Shown piece by piece: positions 37,643 to 47,048 of a stretch of 64,000 nucleotides of DNA (the first letter of the stretch is position 1; every line of letters starts with the position of its first letter). The notes beneath the pieces were generated by a model. That model was not told the DNA's origin, ran no database searches, and worked only from the letters and a program-made list of their open reading frames with translations. The DNA is from a virus: positions 10,400 through 74,399 of the IMG/VR virus record IMGVR_UViG_3300027891_000005, one strand, 5' to 3'. The translations under genes and the position numbers were made by a program.

Positions 37643-37822
37643 TCACCACTTTCTGAGCGCTTTGTTTAAACCTTTATATACTTTTTTCCGGATGCCCTTT
37701 TTTGCCGCCCGTTTAACGATTCTCTTTGGATCGCCGGAAGCCAGCACCTCTACGTCATATAAGGCACTGGCTAGTTTCCCAATCTTGCGGGACGCGTCAT
37801 ATAATAATGATGTGAGTTTCAT
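37643..37822 (-). CDS. Small basic protein (59 aa)
   Basis: GGGGG SD; MKLTSLLYDASRKIGK...; not in track. Confidence 0.55.
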   Translation of the reverse strand: MKLTSLLYDASRKIGKLASALYDVEVLASGDPKRIVKRAAKKGIRKKVYKGLNKALRKW

Positions 37823-37981
37823 TAATGCCCCCCCTATTTAAATAAAGACATAAAAAACCTGACAATAAGGAAACCTATTGCCAGGAACGGGCTGACGAGC
37901 AATAAAACTATTACAAACCACATAAAAAAAAAAGGCATTGCTGCCAATTACCTTATCCATCGTGGTAACACCCCTTTTAGG

Positions 37982-38434
37982 TTAAAATTTTGTTATTACA
38001 TAAAACCGGTCGTCTAAAATCCCTTCAATTTCTTTTTTAACGTCCTTCCAGTCCAATTGCCCGTTGCTGCACCCGGGCCGCGGGAGGATTATTCTATTCC
38101 AATTAAACTTATCGGCCATCTCCACTATTTCTTTGGCTGACTTTTTAATAAGCGATATGTCTGAATTGTCGCGCCAATTATGCTTAGTCGGGAATGAGAC
38201 TATGTCTATATTTTCTTCCCTGACCCGGAATGCCCGGTTTCCGAATCGGTTGACATGGCCGCCCAATATGGACGGGAGCCTGGGGTATCTCTTAGCGAAC
38301 GCCAGGGCTATGCCTTTACCCATTACAAGGCTAGGACAACCGTCCTCGCCCTTTTTTAAAACGCCGTTCGTAGTCACACAAACGGCGTCGGCTTTTCCTA
38401 TGTATTTAAAGATGTTGCCCCTAATCTCATTCAT
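37982..38434 (-). CDS. Macrodomain ADP-ribosyl glycohydrolase (DarG/TARG1-like)
   Basis: TTNG..MGKGIALAF, FPTKHNWR, LPRPGCSNGQLDW. Confidence 0.85.
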   Translation of the reverse strand: MNEIRGNIFKYIGKADAVCVTTNGVLKKGEDGCPSLVMGKGIALAFAKRYPRLPSILGGHVNRFGNRAFRVREENIDIVSFPTKHNWRDNSDISLIKKSAKEIVEMADKFNWNRIILPRPGCSNGQLDWKDVKKEIEGILDDRFYVITKF

Positions 38435-38672
38435 CCGCATTGCCTTTCGGGAATAAATCATTTGCCCAAAATTTAAGGATGTCCCATGTAATCCCGATAT
38501 TACAATCATGGTGCCGTTCTGCCTTCTTTAATACCTCCATGGCTTTGTCGTCATCTAAATCGGGGCGGACTTCCTGAACGTCAGAAACATGCCACAATAT
38601 CCCTATGTGGGCACTGGGGTCGAAGCGGTTGCGTATGTCGTTATAATCCGTCGGGTCATATGGCTCTATCAT
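38427..38672 (-). CDS. Hypothetical protein
   Basis: WHVSDVQEVRPDLDDD.AMEVL...HDCNIGITWD. Confidence 0.6.
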   Translation of the reverse strand: MIEPYDPTDYNDIRNRFDPSAHIGILWHVSDVQEVRPDLDDDKAMEVLKKAERHHDCNIGITWDILKFWANDLFPKGNADE

Positions 38673-38682
38673 AACAGCCCCC

Positions 38683-39585
38683 TTATTTATTTTTGATTGA
38701 ATTTTCGTAACTCCATTCACCAAAATACTTTTCTTCGGCTTCTTTTCTAGCTTTTATAGCGTCGTCTTTATCTTTAAAACGCCCTAAATAAATTTGACGG
38801 TCATTAAATCTTATCGAAGCCAACCATTTATTTTTGCTTTTATCCCAATAAACTCCAATAGTTCCGGAGGTATTTCTTTTTACAGATTGTGTGTTAAAAC
38901 TATTTTGTTGTGGCGTTGCTATACGCAAATTTGTTTTCCGGTTATCCAAAGTATTATGATCCTTATGATCAACATGCGCATCGTCTGCTGGTTTCATTAC
39001 TAACCTATGCATTCGTATATTTTTATCATTAAAACCTGCCACCAAATAACCTTTTTCATTTACGTGCCAGCAATGGTTGCTTATAATGTCGTAATCCTCT
39101 TTGTCAAACCAAAATTCAATCCCTTCATGCGTATACCCAATGCCAAATTCGCCTGTTAAATCATATTTGTTGCGTTCGCCCCTTAAATTTTCGGCATATT
39201 CCTTTTTCAAGCAGCCACATGAGCGTGTATGGCCTGATATTAAACTAGACTGCAATATAGCTTTAATAGTAGCTTTTTCGCAATCACATATACAATTCCA
39301 CATGCTTATTCTATTTCCATTTGAACAAATATAATCTTCAGCTCGATCTACTACTTTTAATTTCCCAAAAATCTGGCCTGTCAAATTCATATTTTTTAAA
39401 CAGCCGCATGATTTGGTGTCACCTTTACGTAATTCTTGACTTCTTGCTGTCACTGAACCACCGCAGTCACAAATACAGTTCCATTTGGCGACAACTTGGC
39501 CGCTTGGCTTAATATAATTCTCCGCCCTGCTTATGACAGTTAGAAGCCCAAATCTTTTTCCTATTAAATCAATAAGTTTGCCCAT
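38683..39585 (-). CDS. HNH endonuclease with an AP2 domain and duplicated Cys-rich N-terminal repeats
   Basis: CICDCG..TKSCGC x2; MHR..VDHKDHNTLDNRKTNLR; SGTIGVYW..KWLASI..YLGRF. Confidence 0.9.
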   Translation of the reverse strand: MGKLIDLIGKRFGLLTVISRAENYIKPSGQVVAKWNCICDCGGSVTARSQELRKGDTKSCGCLKNMNLTGQIFGKLKVVDRAEDYICSNGNRISMWNCICDCEKATIKAILQSSLISGHTRSCGCLKKEYAENLRGERNKYDLTGEFGIGYTHEGIEFWFDKEDYDIISNHCWHVNEKGYLVAGFNDKNIRMHRLVMKPADDAHVDHKDHNTLDNRKTNLRIATPQQNSFNTQSVKRNTSGTIGVYWDKSKNKWLASIRFNDRQIYLGRFKDKDDAIKARKEAEEKYFGEWSYENSIKNK

Positions 39586-39619
39586 TTATTTCACCCAATT
39601 TGTTATAATATAAATTTTA

Positions 39620-39790
39620 TTATAACAAATTATTATCTGTAATGAATTTATCCACTTTATTTTTCATTTCTTTGAGGGTATCGCCATATATCTTATTTTC
39701 TTTCCCATCTATCCAGACGGAACATATATAATAACCAAAATCGGGATAAAGGTACCAATAATATTTTTTATACTTCCCTTCTCTTTTCAC
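39620..39790 (-). CDS. Small hypothetical protein
   Basis: GTG after GGAGG. Confidence 0.45.
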   Translation of the reverse strand: MKREGKYKKYYWYLYPDFGYYICSVWIDGKENKIYGDTLKEMKNKVDKFITDNNLL

Positions 39791-40349
39791 GCCTTTCCTC
39801 CATTTCAGCTTCAGCCCATTTATATACGTCGGTAGCATTGACCTTTTGGCCGAACTCCCGCTCGGTCTCACGCCATAGCATTTGAAGCTCCCTATGCTTC
39901 TTCATGACTTCGACGCGGGAAAGCTCCCCATCATGGGATATGTTTTCGGGCGACAGGCAGTGGTCTAAAATAACAAAACGCTTTTTAAAATCCATCTCTA
40001 TTTCGCCCGTCATAAAGTTCGAGAAATATTTTATTTTTAGCGACTCTAATTCGGCTGATTTGTTTACCGCATTGTTTTGATCAATACATTGGGAAACTTT
40101 ACGCACCCGACCTTTGCCTTCGTCTAAAAGGACAAGGTAAATTCCTTTGGCACGGTACTCGGACTTATAGCCAGCGTTAGGGTAGCCGGGCTGCTTAAGC
40201 ACGCGGCTCAATACGGAATACCCTTTGCTCTCCCCGATGACTTCATATATTTTAGCGTCCATTTTGCCGGATTCAAGCATGACGCCAACAATATCGCCAA
40301 TTTTTGCATTACGGATAGTCTTGCCGTCCTGGGACATAACGTCGTTCAT
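39768..40349 (-). CDS. Hypothetical protein
   Basis: 193-aa ORF with GGGGG SD. Confidence 0.6.
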   Translation of the reverse strand: MNDVMSQDGKTIRNAKIGDIVGVMLESGKMDAKIYEVIGESKGYSVLSRVLKQPGYPNAGYKSEYRAKGIYLVLLDEGKGRVRKVSQCIDQNNAVNKSAELESLKIKYFSNFMTGEIEMDFKKRFVILDHCLSPENISHDGELSRVEVMKKHRELQMLWRETEREFGQKVNATDVYKWAEAEMEERREKRREV

Positions 40350-40368
40350 ACATTTCCCCCTTTATAGT

Positions 40369-40770
40369 TTAATCCCAATCCATTTCCGGTTCCCAGCCAG
40401 GTTTCCGCCACATGTGCAAACAGTATGGATGCATGTTTGTATATTTGTGTTTTGGCGGGTGGAACTGGATGACGCATTCGTTATCAGCCCAGAATATATC
40501 CTTGACAATGCACATCTCTTCCCAAGTAGGGCAGCGCCGCCTAAGCGACACGCTAACATGCTCAAGCTTTTTGCCGTCTATGGCCTGTTCGTCCCAGCCA
40601 GCTATAATAGCTATATCGTTTGATTTATATGCAGGATGGGATAAGAATGCGCTAAGCCCCCTTATGCTGTTGTCCTGAACAGTCGTGATCGATAGCCGCG
40701 GTGATTTAATCACGTCCTCGAATTTACGCATGTGCTTTAATACCTCCTGAAATTTATCCCTTAATGCCAA
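40369..40770 (-). CDS. Conserved phage protein (DUF7694-like)
   Basis: EHVSVS..RCPTWEEMC.VKD.FW...QFHPP...N.HPYCLHMW. Confidence 0.75.
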   Translation of the reverse strand: MALRDKFQEVLKHMRKFEDVIKSPRLSITTVQDNSIRGLSAFLSHPAYKSNDIAIIAGWDEQAIDGKKLEHVSVSLRRRCPTWEEMCIVKDIFWADNECVIQFHPPKHKYTNMHPYCLHMWRKPGWEPEMDWD

Positions 40771-41014
40771 TTTTATCTAATAACATTAAATAGATCTTAA
40801 AATTTTCTTTGTCAAAAAGATACTTTATATATTCTTTATCAAAGAACTCGTTTGTTTCAAATTCAGCTTTACATACAAAAGACTCGCCGTTAAAACCGTG
40901 TTCATCGTCGTAATCCTTAATGTCATAGCCTCTTTCTTTACACCAGTCTAACCGGTACAAATCATAGGCCCTGCCTAAACTGATATCATACTGGATCTTA
41001 TCGTAATGATTCAT
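40754..41014 (-). CDS. Hypothetical protein
   Basis: 86-aa ORF. Confidence 0.55.
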   Translation of the reverse strand: MNHYDKIQYDISLGRAYDLYRLDWCKERGYDIKDYDDEHGFNGESFVCKAEFETNEFFDKEYIKYLFDKENFKIYLMLLDKIGIKG

Positions 41015-41171
41015 ATAAATCCCATCCCTTAAAAAAACGGTCTTAGCGTATAAAAAATTCGGCCTTAACGTCTTTTATTCCCTTAGCGTATAGTTTCTGC
41101 TATTTGCTGCCGGATCGCTTATGGCTGTTTTTTACACGAATCGTTGCCATGCCACTAACATTAGCCCCCGC

Positions 41172-41798
41172 TTACGCAGCGGGGGACTTAACGGCTTCCT
41201 TCTTGAAATTAAGCGTAGAAAGCTTCAGCGTAACCGGATTGATAATAATGATCGGCTTGCCTTTGGAATATGCGTGCCGCAGGCAATGAAGCGTGCCGCC
41301 GTTCTTCTTCTCGCTGCCCTTGATATCCGCTATGTCGCCTTTATATATCCCAAGGACGATATCGGAGTCTTTAACCATGGCGGTGTTCCGGTCATACATA
41401 AGCTGCGCGTTATACGGCTTGTCCGCGCATAGCTTGTACGTCTTGTTCTTCTTCGCCCGCTTAACGATCCTGCCGAACTCTTTCTTGGAAAACGGGCCTT
41501 CGTCTTTCCAATACTTGGCCTGGTTCTGGCACGGCGTATACAGCCAGTTTTCTATTTCGCCGTGATTTCCGTTAGGCCGATTGGCTTCGCGGTACTTCTC
41601 GACCACCCAGAAAAACAACTGGTCTACCCCCTGCGCGCCACCGGAGATATATTTGGTTACGCCGTACTTCTTATGCAGGCGGGTAACGGTGGCTGTGACT
41701 TTCTCGATTACCGCGGAATATTTGTCCCAGTCATAGCCGAACAGATCTTTCGGCCGATGGCCTGTGACACAAACGGTATTAAATTTCTGGTTAGACAT
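41172..41798 (-). CDS. SLOG-family (YspA/DUF1273-like) protein
   Basis: VCVTGHRP, ISGGAQGVD, RNTAMV..SD, GGT. Confidence 0.85.
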   Translation of the reverse strand: MSNQKFNTVCVTGHRPKDLFGYDWDKYSAVIEKVTATVTRLHKKYGVTKYISGGAQGVDQLFFWVVEKYREANRPNGNHGEIENWLYTPCQNQAKYWKDEGPFSKKEFGRIVKRAKKNKTYKLCADKPYNAQLMYDRNTAMVKDSDIVLGIYKGDIADIKGSEKKNGGTLHCLRHAYSKGKPIIIINPVTLKLSTLNFKKEAVKSPAA

Positions 41799-41838
41799 TT
41801 GAACAACCCCTTTGTCAAATTTAGTTTTCATAGACCAA

Positions 41839-41851
41839 GCGGCTTTGCCGC
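41839..41851 (-). promoter_or_regulatory. Hairpin motif A with N8-GAAAA
   Basis: GCGGCAAAGCCGCT-TGGTCTAT-GAAAA, 41 nt upstream of ATG 41798. Confidence 0.6.
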
Positions 41852-41912
41852 CTTTCTGAACGATTGTCCGAATAAAAATGCCCCGATAGATATCACGGGG
41901 CATCGTTCCTTA

Positions 41913-42191
41913 TTAACAATAAAATTTTATTTGATCAGTCTTGTAAAATGCCTTCCATTTGCTGACTATTAAAAAATAGAAAACCGGCAACATTTTAATC
42001 ATAGCGTTTAGATCGCTCTTAGGTATCTTGCCGTTATTATGCGCTAATATAAAACCGCCCTTGCTGGTGAGCCATATTTTCGCAGTATTTTCGGTTGGTA
42101 TGCCTTCGCATATATGGACATGAATTGGCTCGCCGTCCTCGTTTGACCAGAAAAATATCCGATATTTTCCAAATTTAAACAGCGTCGGCAA
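41913..42191 (-). CDS. DUF4160 family (HicA-like) putative toxin
   Basis: YRIFFWSNE.GEPIHVHI. Confidence 0.8.
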   Translation of the reverse strand: MPTLFKFGKYRIFFWSNEDGEPIHVHICEGIPTENTAKIWLTSKGGFILAHNNGKIPKSDLNAMIKMLPVFYFLIVSKWKAFYKTDQIKFYC

Positions 42192-42459
42192 AACTGGCCC
42201 CCCCTGATTCTGCAAGCTCATAAAATATATGGGCGCCGTCCCTTACCATATGATCAAATATCTCTAATTCTTCGTCAGTAAAGCCGCCTTCCCATACTGT
42301 CCACTCATACGATGGCAAACTGCACCTTATTGAGTCAAAACCATCCTCTGTCGGTCGTTCAAAGTGAACTTCTACTATCTTTTGCCCTTCTTTTTCTATT
42401 AAATGTGAATGTGTAACCTGTGTGCCATCTTCAAGTAATGAAAACGGATACATTGCCAT
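42175..42459 (-). CDS. Partner protein of DUF4160 (putative antitoxin)
   Basis: MYPF..LEDGTQVTHS...VHFERP; overlaps DUF4160. Confidence 0.6.
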   Translation of the reverse strand: MAMYPFSLLEDGTQVTHSHLIEKEGQKIVEVHFERPTEDGFDSIRCSLPSYEWTVWEGGFTDEELEIFDHMVRDGAHIFYELAESGGASFADAV

Positions 42460-42554
42460 TAAGCAGCACTACTTTCTGATTATGTTTTAAAACTGACTCT
42501 CGGCTATATTATAGCAAAATACGGGTTTCTATGCAATCGGTGGAAAGGCGACCG

Positions 42555-43469
42555 CTAAACCGCCTCCTTATCTTTTTTTCTTGCGGTTGGGCTTTCCCCG
42601 TATTGTTTAACGCAGTCCTCCAGCCTTTCGGCAAAAGGCGGGTATAAAGCTTTCCCTCGGCATTTATTATTAGTTAAGTTTTTTGCGGCGGACTGGGCGC
42701 TCTTAAGAGTCCTGCGCTCAGTGACCTTAAGGCCCGTCCTGCCTTCCGTGACAACATACTGATCAGCCTCATGCGTAATATAAAAAGCAAACCCGTTGTA
42801 TTCCCACAAGAAGCCTAGCGCTTCTACGAACTCTGGTTTTTTAGTCTCTACATTCATAATGAGTTTGTAGAATTTATCGTTAAAACTGATTTCAGTTTCT
42901 TTTTTGATTTCCGGCCCGGCCAATCCTTTGCCTATGCCCTCAAAATATTCTTTTATTGACTCGGCGCCGGATTTGAATGAGCGCAAATAGCCGCCCGGGT
43001 CCCGGTGCCTCCGCATTTCCACAAGGGCGTCTTTTTCAATGGCTAATTTTATGCCGTTAACATAGCCTAAAATATTACTCAGGCATAGTTTTTCGGCAGA
43101 TTTTTTATCTACTTTAGATATATTTTTAAGCATGTACTGATAGTTTTCGTCGGCCAAATATATCTCGTATGATTTGCGCGCCTGTTCCCTTATCTCGTCG
43201 GGCTTGGCCATGTATTTATTATCCACTGCCCCCGGAGGGGAAAGGTAAAAAATATCTGTGAGGTCAAAACCGTGTTCATTGCTAAGCCTGGTTATTTCTC
43301 TTCGGTCATAAATAATATGGTTATTGACCAAGTTCAAATTGCAGCCGTCTTCCCAAGAAGGGTCAGAGCAGCCATTGTTATAAATATCGTACCAATGATC
43401 CCATTCGCGCTGTAGATTAACGCATAGATTGTCAAATTCAGCTAACGGGTTTGGTTTCTTTTTTGCCAT
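42555..43469 (-). CDS. Conserved mobile-element hypothetical protein
   Basis: GCSDPSWEDGCNLNLVNNHIIY motif. Confidence 0.65.
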   Translation of the reverse strand: MAKKKPNPLAEFDNLCVNLQREWDHWYDIYNNGCSDPSWEDGCNLNLVNNHIIYDRREITRLSNEHGFDLTDIFYLSPPGAVDNKYMAKPDEIREQARKSYEIYLADENYQYMLKNISKVDKKSAEKLCLSNILGYVNGIKLAIEKDALVEMRRHRDPGGYLRSFKSGAESIKEYFEGIGKGLAGPEIKKETEISFNDKFYKLIMNVETKKPEFVEALGFLWEYNGFAFYITHEADQYVVTEGRTGLKVTERRTLKSAQSAAKNLTNNKCRGKALYPPFAERLEDCVKQYGESPTARKKDKEAV

Positions 43470-43668
43470 TAAGTTCAACCTTCCTGACCCAGAACTCCCC
43501 CAACCTATGTTGGAGGAGGAAGCCTTTGCCGGTCTCTTTCAGGGTAAATTCCAAGTCCTGATTTAGCACGTTAAGCATATATGCCATCTTTTCCAACGCA
43601 TTTTTTGGGCCGTCGGCAATAAAAAGGTATTTCTCGTCCTTGTCAACATTATATACGGTAAATCTCAT
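43438..43668 (-). CDS. Hypothetical protein
   Basis: 76-aa ORF, ATGA-coupled. Confidence 0.55.
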   Translation of the reverse strand: MRFTVYNVDKDEKYLFIADGPKNALEKMAYMLNVLNQDLEFTLKETGKGFLLQHRLGEFWVRKVELNGKKETKPVS

Positions 43669-43838
43669 ACCGTTTTCACTTCGTCAAAATCATATTCCAA
43701 ACGGATGCCGCAGAACGGGCATCTCGGTTCGTTATATGTGGGGTAGTTTTTGCATGATGGGCATTTTGGAAGATAATTAATTATTATTTTTTCGTTAAAA
43801 ATGTCTTCCTGTAGATCCTCAACATATTCAACTTTCAC
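43665..43838 (-). CDS. Small zinc-finger protein (57 aa)
   Basis: GTG after AAAGGGG; CPSC...CPFC; not in track. Confidence 0.6.
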   Translation of the reverse strand: MKVEYVEDLQEDIFNEKIIINYLPKCPSCKNYPTYNEPRCPFCGIRLEYDFDEVKTV

Positions 43839-43891
43839 TATGCTTCCCCTTTCTAAGCCATTTGGCTGATATTATTTGTTGGCAGCAAACA

Positions 43892-44197
43892 TTACACGGC
43901 ATCCTGGTTTGGCCTTGTACCGTCGATAAAATGCATTATAAATGACGGGGCGGGATCTTCCGGAATAAGCCCGCCTTCTGAGTATATGGACAGGATACAG
44001 AACCCGCGGTCGCTGCACTGCGGGTTGTTGCACATCCCCGTAGCAATATCATCTGTACCGCTATCTATATAACCGCACATATCGGTCATATCATTAACAT
44101 CGTCAATATAGTCCCGATGCTGCGGGCAACCGTTGTTATTGCACAAGCCGCATTCACCATCACAGCCCGTAATACCTCTGTTGTAACCGCCATACAT
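43892..44197 (-). CDS. Cys-rich hypothetical protein
   Basis: Multiple CxxC-type motifs. Confidence 0.55.
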   Translation of the reverse strand: MYGGYNRGITGCDGECGLCNNNGCPQHRDYIDDVNDMTDMCGYIDSGTDDIATGMCNNPQCSDRGFCILSIYSEGGLIPEDPAPSFIMHFIDGTRPNQDAV

Positions 44198-44304
44198 ATG
44201 AAACACCCCCCTCTAAAATAGATGCGAAAACTACGCGGTTTTACCGCGTCTGCCAAATAAAAAAAGATTGAGGCGAAACCCTCAATCTATATATTACATA
44301 TGCT

Positions 44305-45180
44305 TCACACGCCAGCCGTTCTTTCAAGTATAATAAACTTATTTTTAATTTCTTTAACTTTTTCTTCCGGAATCTCCATTTGATTTGCAATTTCAATATC
44401 CGACATGCCTAAACGGACCATTACGCGTATACCTTTTTCCAAGCCCATTTCCAAGCCCTTTTCTACACCCTTATCTTCCGCATACTCAAGTTCTGCCAAT
44501 CTATCAGCTTCCGCTTTCTCTAATAAATCCAGCACGGTTCTCTCCTCCTCGTTCATATTGGCATAATCAGCAATTTCAGCGGCTTTCTGGATATAGTCGG
44601 GGGCCTCCGGAGGTAGATCCCTGTCCAGGAAATAATCCCGCCAATATCTTTGATTTTCTGTAAAGAAATTAGGTTTCGTGTACTCAAAATACGCGATAAT
44701 AAAATCAACAGGAAATGGCTTATTGTGCCTGCGGTCCCAAAATTCAAATTGCCGCAGACCATCGTCGTCATCAGCAAACATGTAAAACCCTAATATATTT
44801 ATACCATAAATCGGCTTAAGGTCGCCATACTTTTTATATTCCCGATGATAATTCTCAGTAAAGGTAATAGCTGGGTAATATAAAGACCTTTCTGCAAAAA
44901 AATTCGTCCCGCGGACTTGCAATTCGCTTACCAGGTTGGCTTCCTCATCAGAAACCGTAATATTGGCGGATACGTCCTTAATGGTCTGCTGGAGCGTCTG
45001 GAGCCCGTTCTCTTTTATCATTTTCGTGTAATTGCTTATAGAATACGGCTGTTTGAAATTAAGTTCGGCTATATTAATATCCAGCATATCCTTTGCAAGG
45101 CCGATTAAAGGATCTGTAACCCCGTCAGTACAGAAAGCCTTTTTAAACAGTAGGTCTTTTATTCTGCTAACTTTTTTCAA
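44305..45180 (-). CDS. Rpn family PD-(D/E)XK nuclease / putative transposase
   Basis: KDLLFKKAF, ELQV, PIYGINILGF, C-terminal EKG repeats. Confidence 0.85.
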   Translation of the reverse strand: MKKVSRIKDLLFKKAFCTDGVTDPLIGLAKDMLDINIAELNFKQPYSISNYTKMIKENGLQTLQQTIKDVSANITVSDEEANLVSELQVRGTNFFAERSLYYPAITFTENYHREYKKYGDLKPIYGINILGFYMFADDDDGLRQFEFWDRRHNKPFPVDFIIAYFEYTKPNFFTENQRYWRDYFLDRDLPPEAPDYIQKAAEIADYANMNEEERTVLDLLEKAEADRLAELEYAEDKGVEKGLEMGLEKGIRVMVRLGMSDIEIANQMEIPEEKVKEIKNKFIILERTAGV

Positions 45181-45192
45181 ATAACTCCCTCC

Positions 45193-45573
45193 TTAATTTA
45201 CAATGATATAAATAACCGGCTTGTCTAATTCTTTTTCCTCAAATAGAAAATATCCCGTCCGCGCTTCCATCCTGGCGACATTCATTTCAAAAGGATCATC
45301 AGTCACATTTTTTAACGATTCATAAAGGGCTCCATCTATCGCATATTGCGCCGTCCCCAAAAAATCATATTCGTTGATTGTGGTAGCCGCTTTTATAACA
45401 ACAGGCTGGTACGGCGCGACAGATTTAAGCGCGTCGCCTAGTTTTAAATAATCATGTTTCTTCACGATTGCTTTGATATCGTCCAAATCAACCACCATGG
45501 TAGGTTTCCCGTCTACAGGATGTTCAACCTCGTAAGATTCATTATCCAAATCAAGCCATAATCTATCACTCAA
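45193..45573 (-). CDS. Hypothetical protein (paralog pair, copy 1)
   Basis: LKLGDAL...YDFLGTA...PFEMNVAR. Confidence 0.6.
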   Translation of the reverse strand: MSDRLWLDLDNESYEVEHPVDGKPTMVVDLDDIKAIVKKHDYLKLGDALKSVAPYQPVVIKAATTINEYDFLGTAQYAIDGALYESLKNVTDDPFEMNVARMEARTGYFLFEEKELDKPVIYIIVN

Positions 45574-45666
45574 AAAAATCCCTCCATATTCATTTGTCAA
45601 TCAATATCCGTAATTTACCCCGCATTTGGGTATTTTTTGCGGCGTAGACATCCCGCCCCTCCCCGC

Positions 45667-46062
45667 TTAGTGCAATAGTATAGCAATTGTAGGTACATCG
45701 ATTTCTTTTCCGTTCATGTCCGTAAATACGTGTAACCCCTTCTGTACATCAATCCTTGCGACACTCATATCAAACGGCTTGTCGCTGATATTTTTGAACG
45801 AGTCCTGTATGCCCCAATTTAATGCATCCCCGGCCGTACCTATAAAATCGTATCTAAACAGCGTAGTCCCTGATTTTAACGCTACCATCTGTGACGACGA
45901 TATGATATTTAATAAATCGCCCAACTTTAAAAAATTATGTTTACTAAGCAACGAATCTATAACGGGCAAATCCACGACCTTAAATGTCATAGGCGTACCT
46001 TCTATAATTTCTTCTGTTTCGTAAGCTGCGTTATGTAAGTCATTGTATAATTGCTCATTCAT
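45667..46062 (-). CDS. Hypothetical protein (paralog pair, copy 2)
   Basis: LKLGDLL...YDFIGTA...PFDMSVAR. Confidence 0.6.
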   Translation of the reverse strand: MNEQLYNDLHNAAYETEEIIEGTPMTFKVVDLPVIDSLLSKHNFLKLGDLLNIISSSQMVALKSGTTLFRYDFIGTAGDALNWGIQDSFKNISDKPFDMSVARIDVQKGLHVFTDMNGKEIDVPTIAILLH

Positions 46063-46139
46063 TTAAACCCCTCGTTTTATTATTGAGTATAACATATAAA
46101 CGTTGTCCAATAAATTAAAATATGTACAGGCGGGCGGCA

Positions 46140-46712
46140 TTACGCCGCCCTTTTTGTCTGGTACCCAAAATAAAGGTTCTCTATTTTAAAACAGTTTTCT
46201 TTTGTAAATTTCTTTGTGTAAAGAGGGTTGGCTTTACTTGCGGCGTCGGTTTGGGACTTATAGGCCGAATATCCGGATATCCCGACAACCTTATTATTCT
46301 TCTTGTTGGCTATGAGCAGGTCGTTAAACATTTCGTCAAGGTATTTTTGGGGGTCGAATTTAATGTCCTTGGCGTTGATTTCCACCAAAGCAACGCTGTT
46401 GCCCTTGGGCGTGGAGACACCGACGTTGACAAACACTTTTGCGGCGCCGTAGATGGCCTTAAAGAACTCATAGCGGGCCACGGACTCGTCGGATGTGACT
46501 TTCTTTTTAAGGGCCTTCCTGGCGTCCTCCAACTTGGCGCCATAGGAAACAGGCAAGCCGTTCTTGCGGTTGACTATCACAAACATGTTCTTGTGGTCTG
46601 CGCCATTGACGGAAATGTTGCCGCGATAATAAAACAGATCCTCGCGGTTGTTTAAGTCATAGCATTTCTTTTGCATAAGCTTCCCATTTGAAAATACGTA
46701 ACCTGTAAACAT
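46140..46712 (-). CDS. Hypothetical basic protein
   Basis: ATG at 46712 after AAAAGGGG. Confidence 0.65.
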   Translation of the reverse strand: MFTGYVFSNGKLMQKKCYDLNNREDLFYYRGNISVNGADHKNMFVIVNRKNGLPVSYGAKLEDARKALKKKVTSDESVARYEFFKAIYGAAKVFVNVGVSTPKGNSVALVEINAKDIKFDPQKYLDEMFNDLLIANKKNNKVVGISGYSAYKSQTDAASKANPLYTKKFTKENCFKIENLYFGYQTKRAA

Positions 46713-46752
46713 GTCAAACATCCCCTTTTATTTTTTTTTGGTTCACGAAGTC

Positions 46753-46767
46753 GGCGGCTTTGCCGCC
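46753..46767 (-). promoter_or_regulatory. Hairpin motif A with N8-GAA
   Basis: GGCGGCAAAGCCGCC-GACTTCGT-GAACC, 41 nt upstream of ATG 46712. Confidence 0.6.
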
Positions 46768-46838
46768 TTTTTTCGGAAAAATTTAAATAAAAAACCGCCC
46801 GCTTTATACAAAAGAGGGCGGTTCATCTTTTTATAATT

Positions 46839-47048
46839 TTACTCATTTTCCCGAAACTTTTTTGCCAAATCAGCCAAACAGTTGCGTATAACGATATCTA
46901 CCGGGACGCCGTTAATTTCCGCTGTTTCGCAAAATGTAGCGTAGTCTTCATTTCTTAAGGCTATTTCTATTTTTGTCATAAGCTTATCAAAATATGGGTT
47001 TTTAACCCCGCGGGCAAAATCTTCCTCGGTTAATTCACGAATCAACAT
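46839..47048 (-). CDS. Putative RHH/BrnA-like antitoxin
   Basis: KNPYFDKL...IAL....F...AE..GVP; resembles CopG-type partners of BrnT. Confidence 0.5.
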   Translation of the reverse strand: MLIRELTEEDFARGVKNPYFDKLMTKIEIALRNEDYATFCETAEINGVPVDIVIRNCLADLAKKFRENE

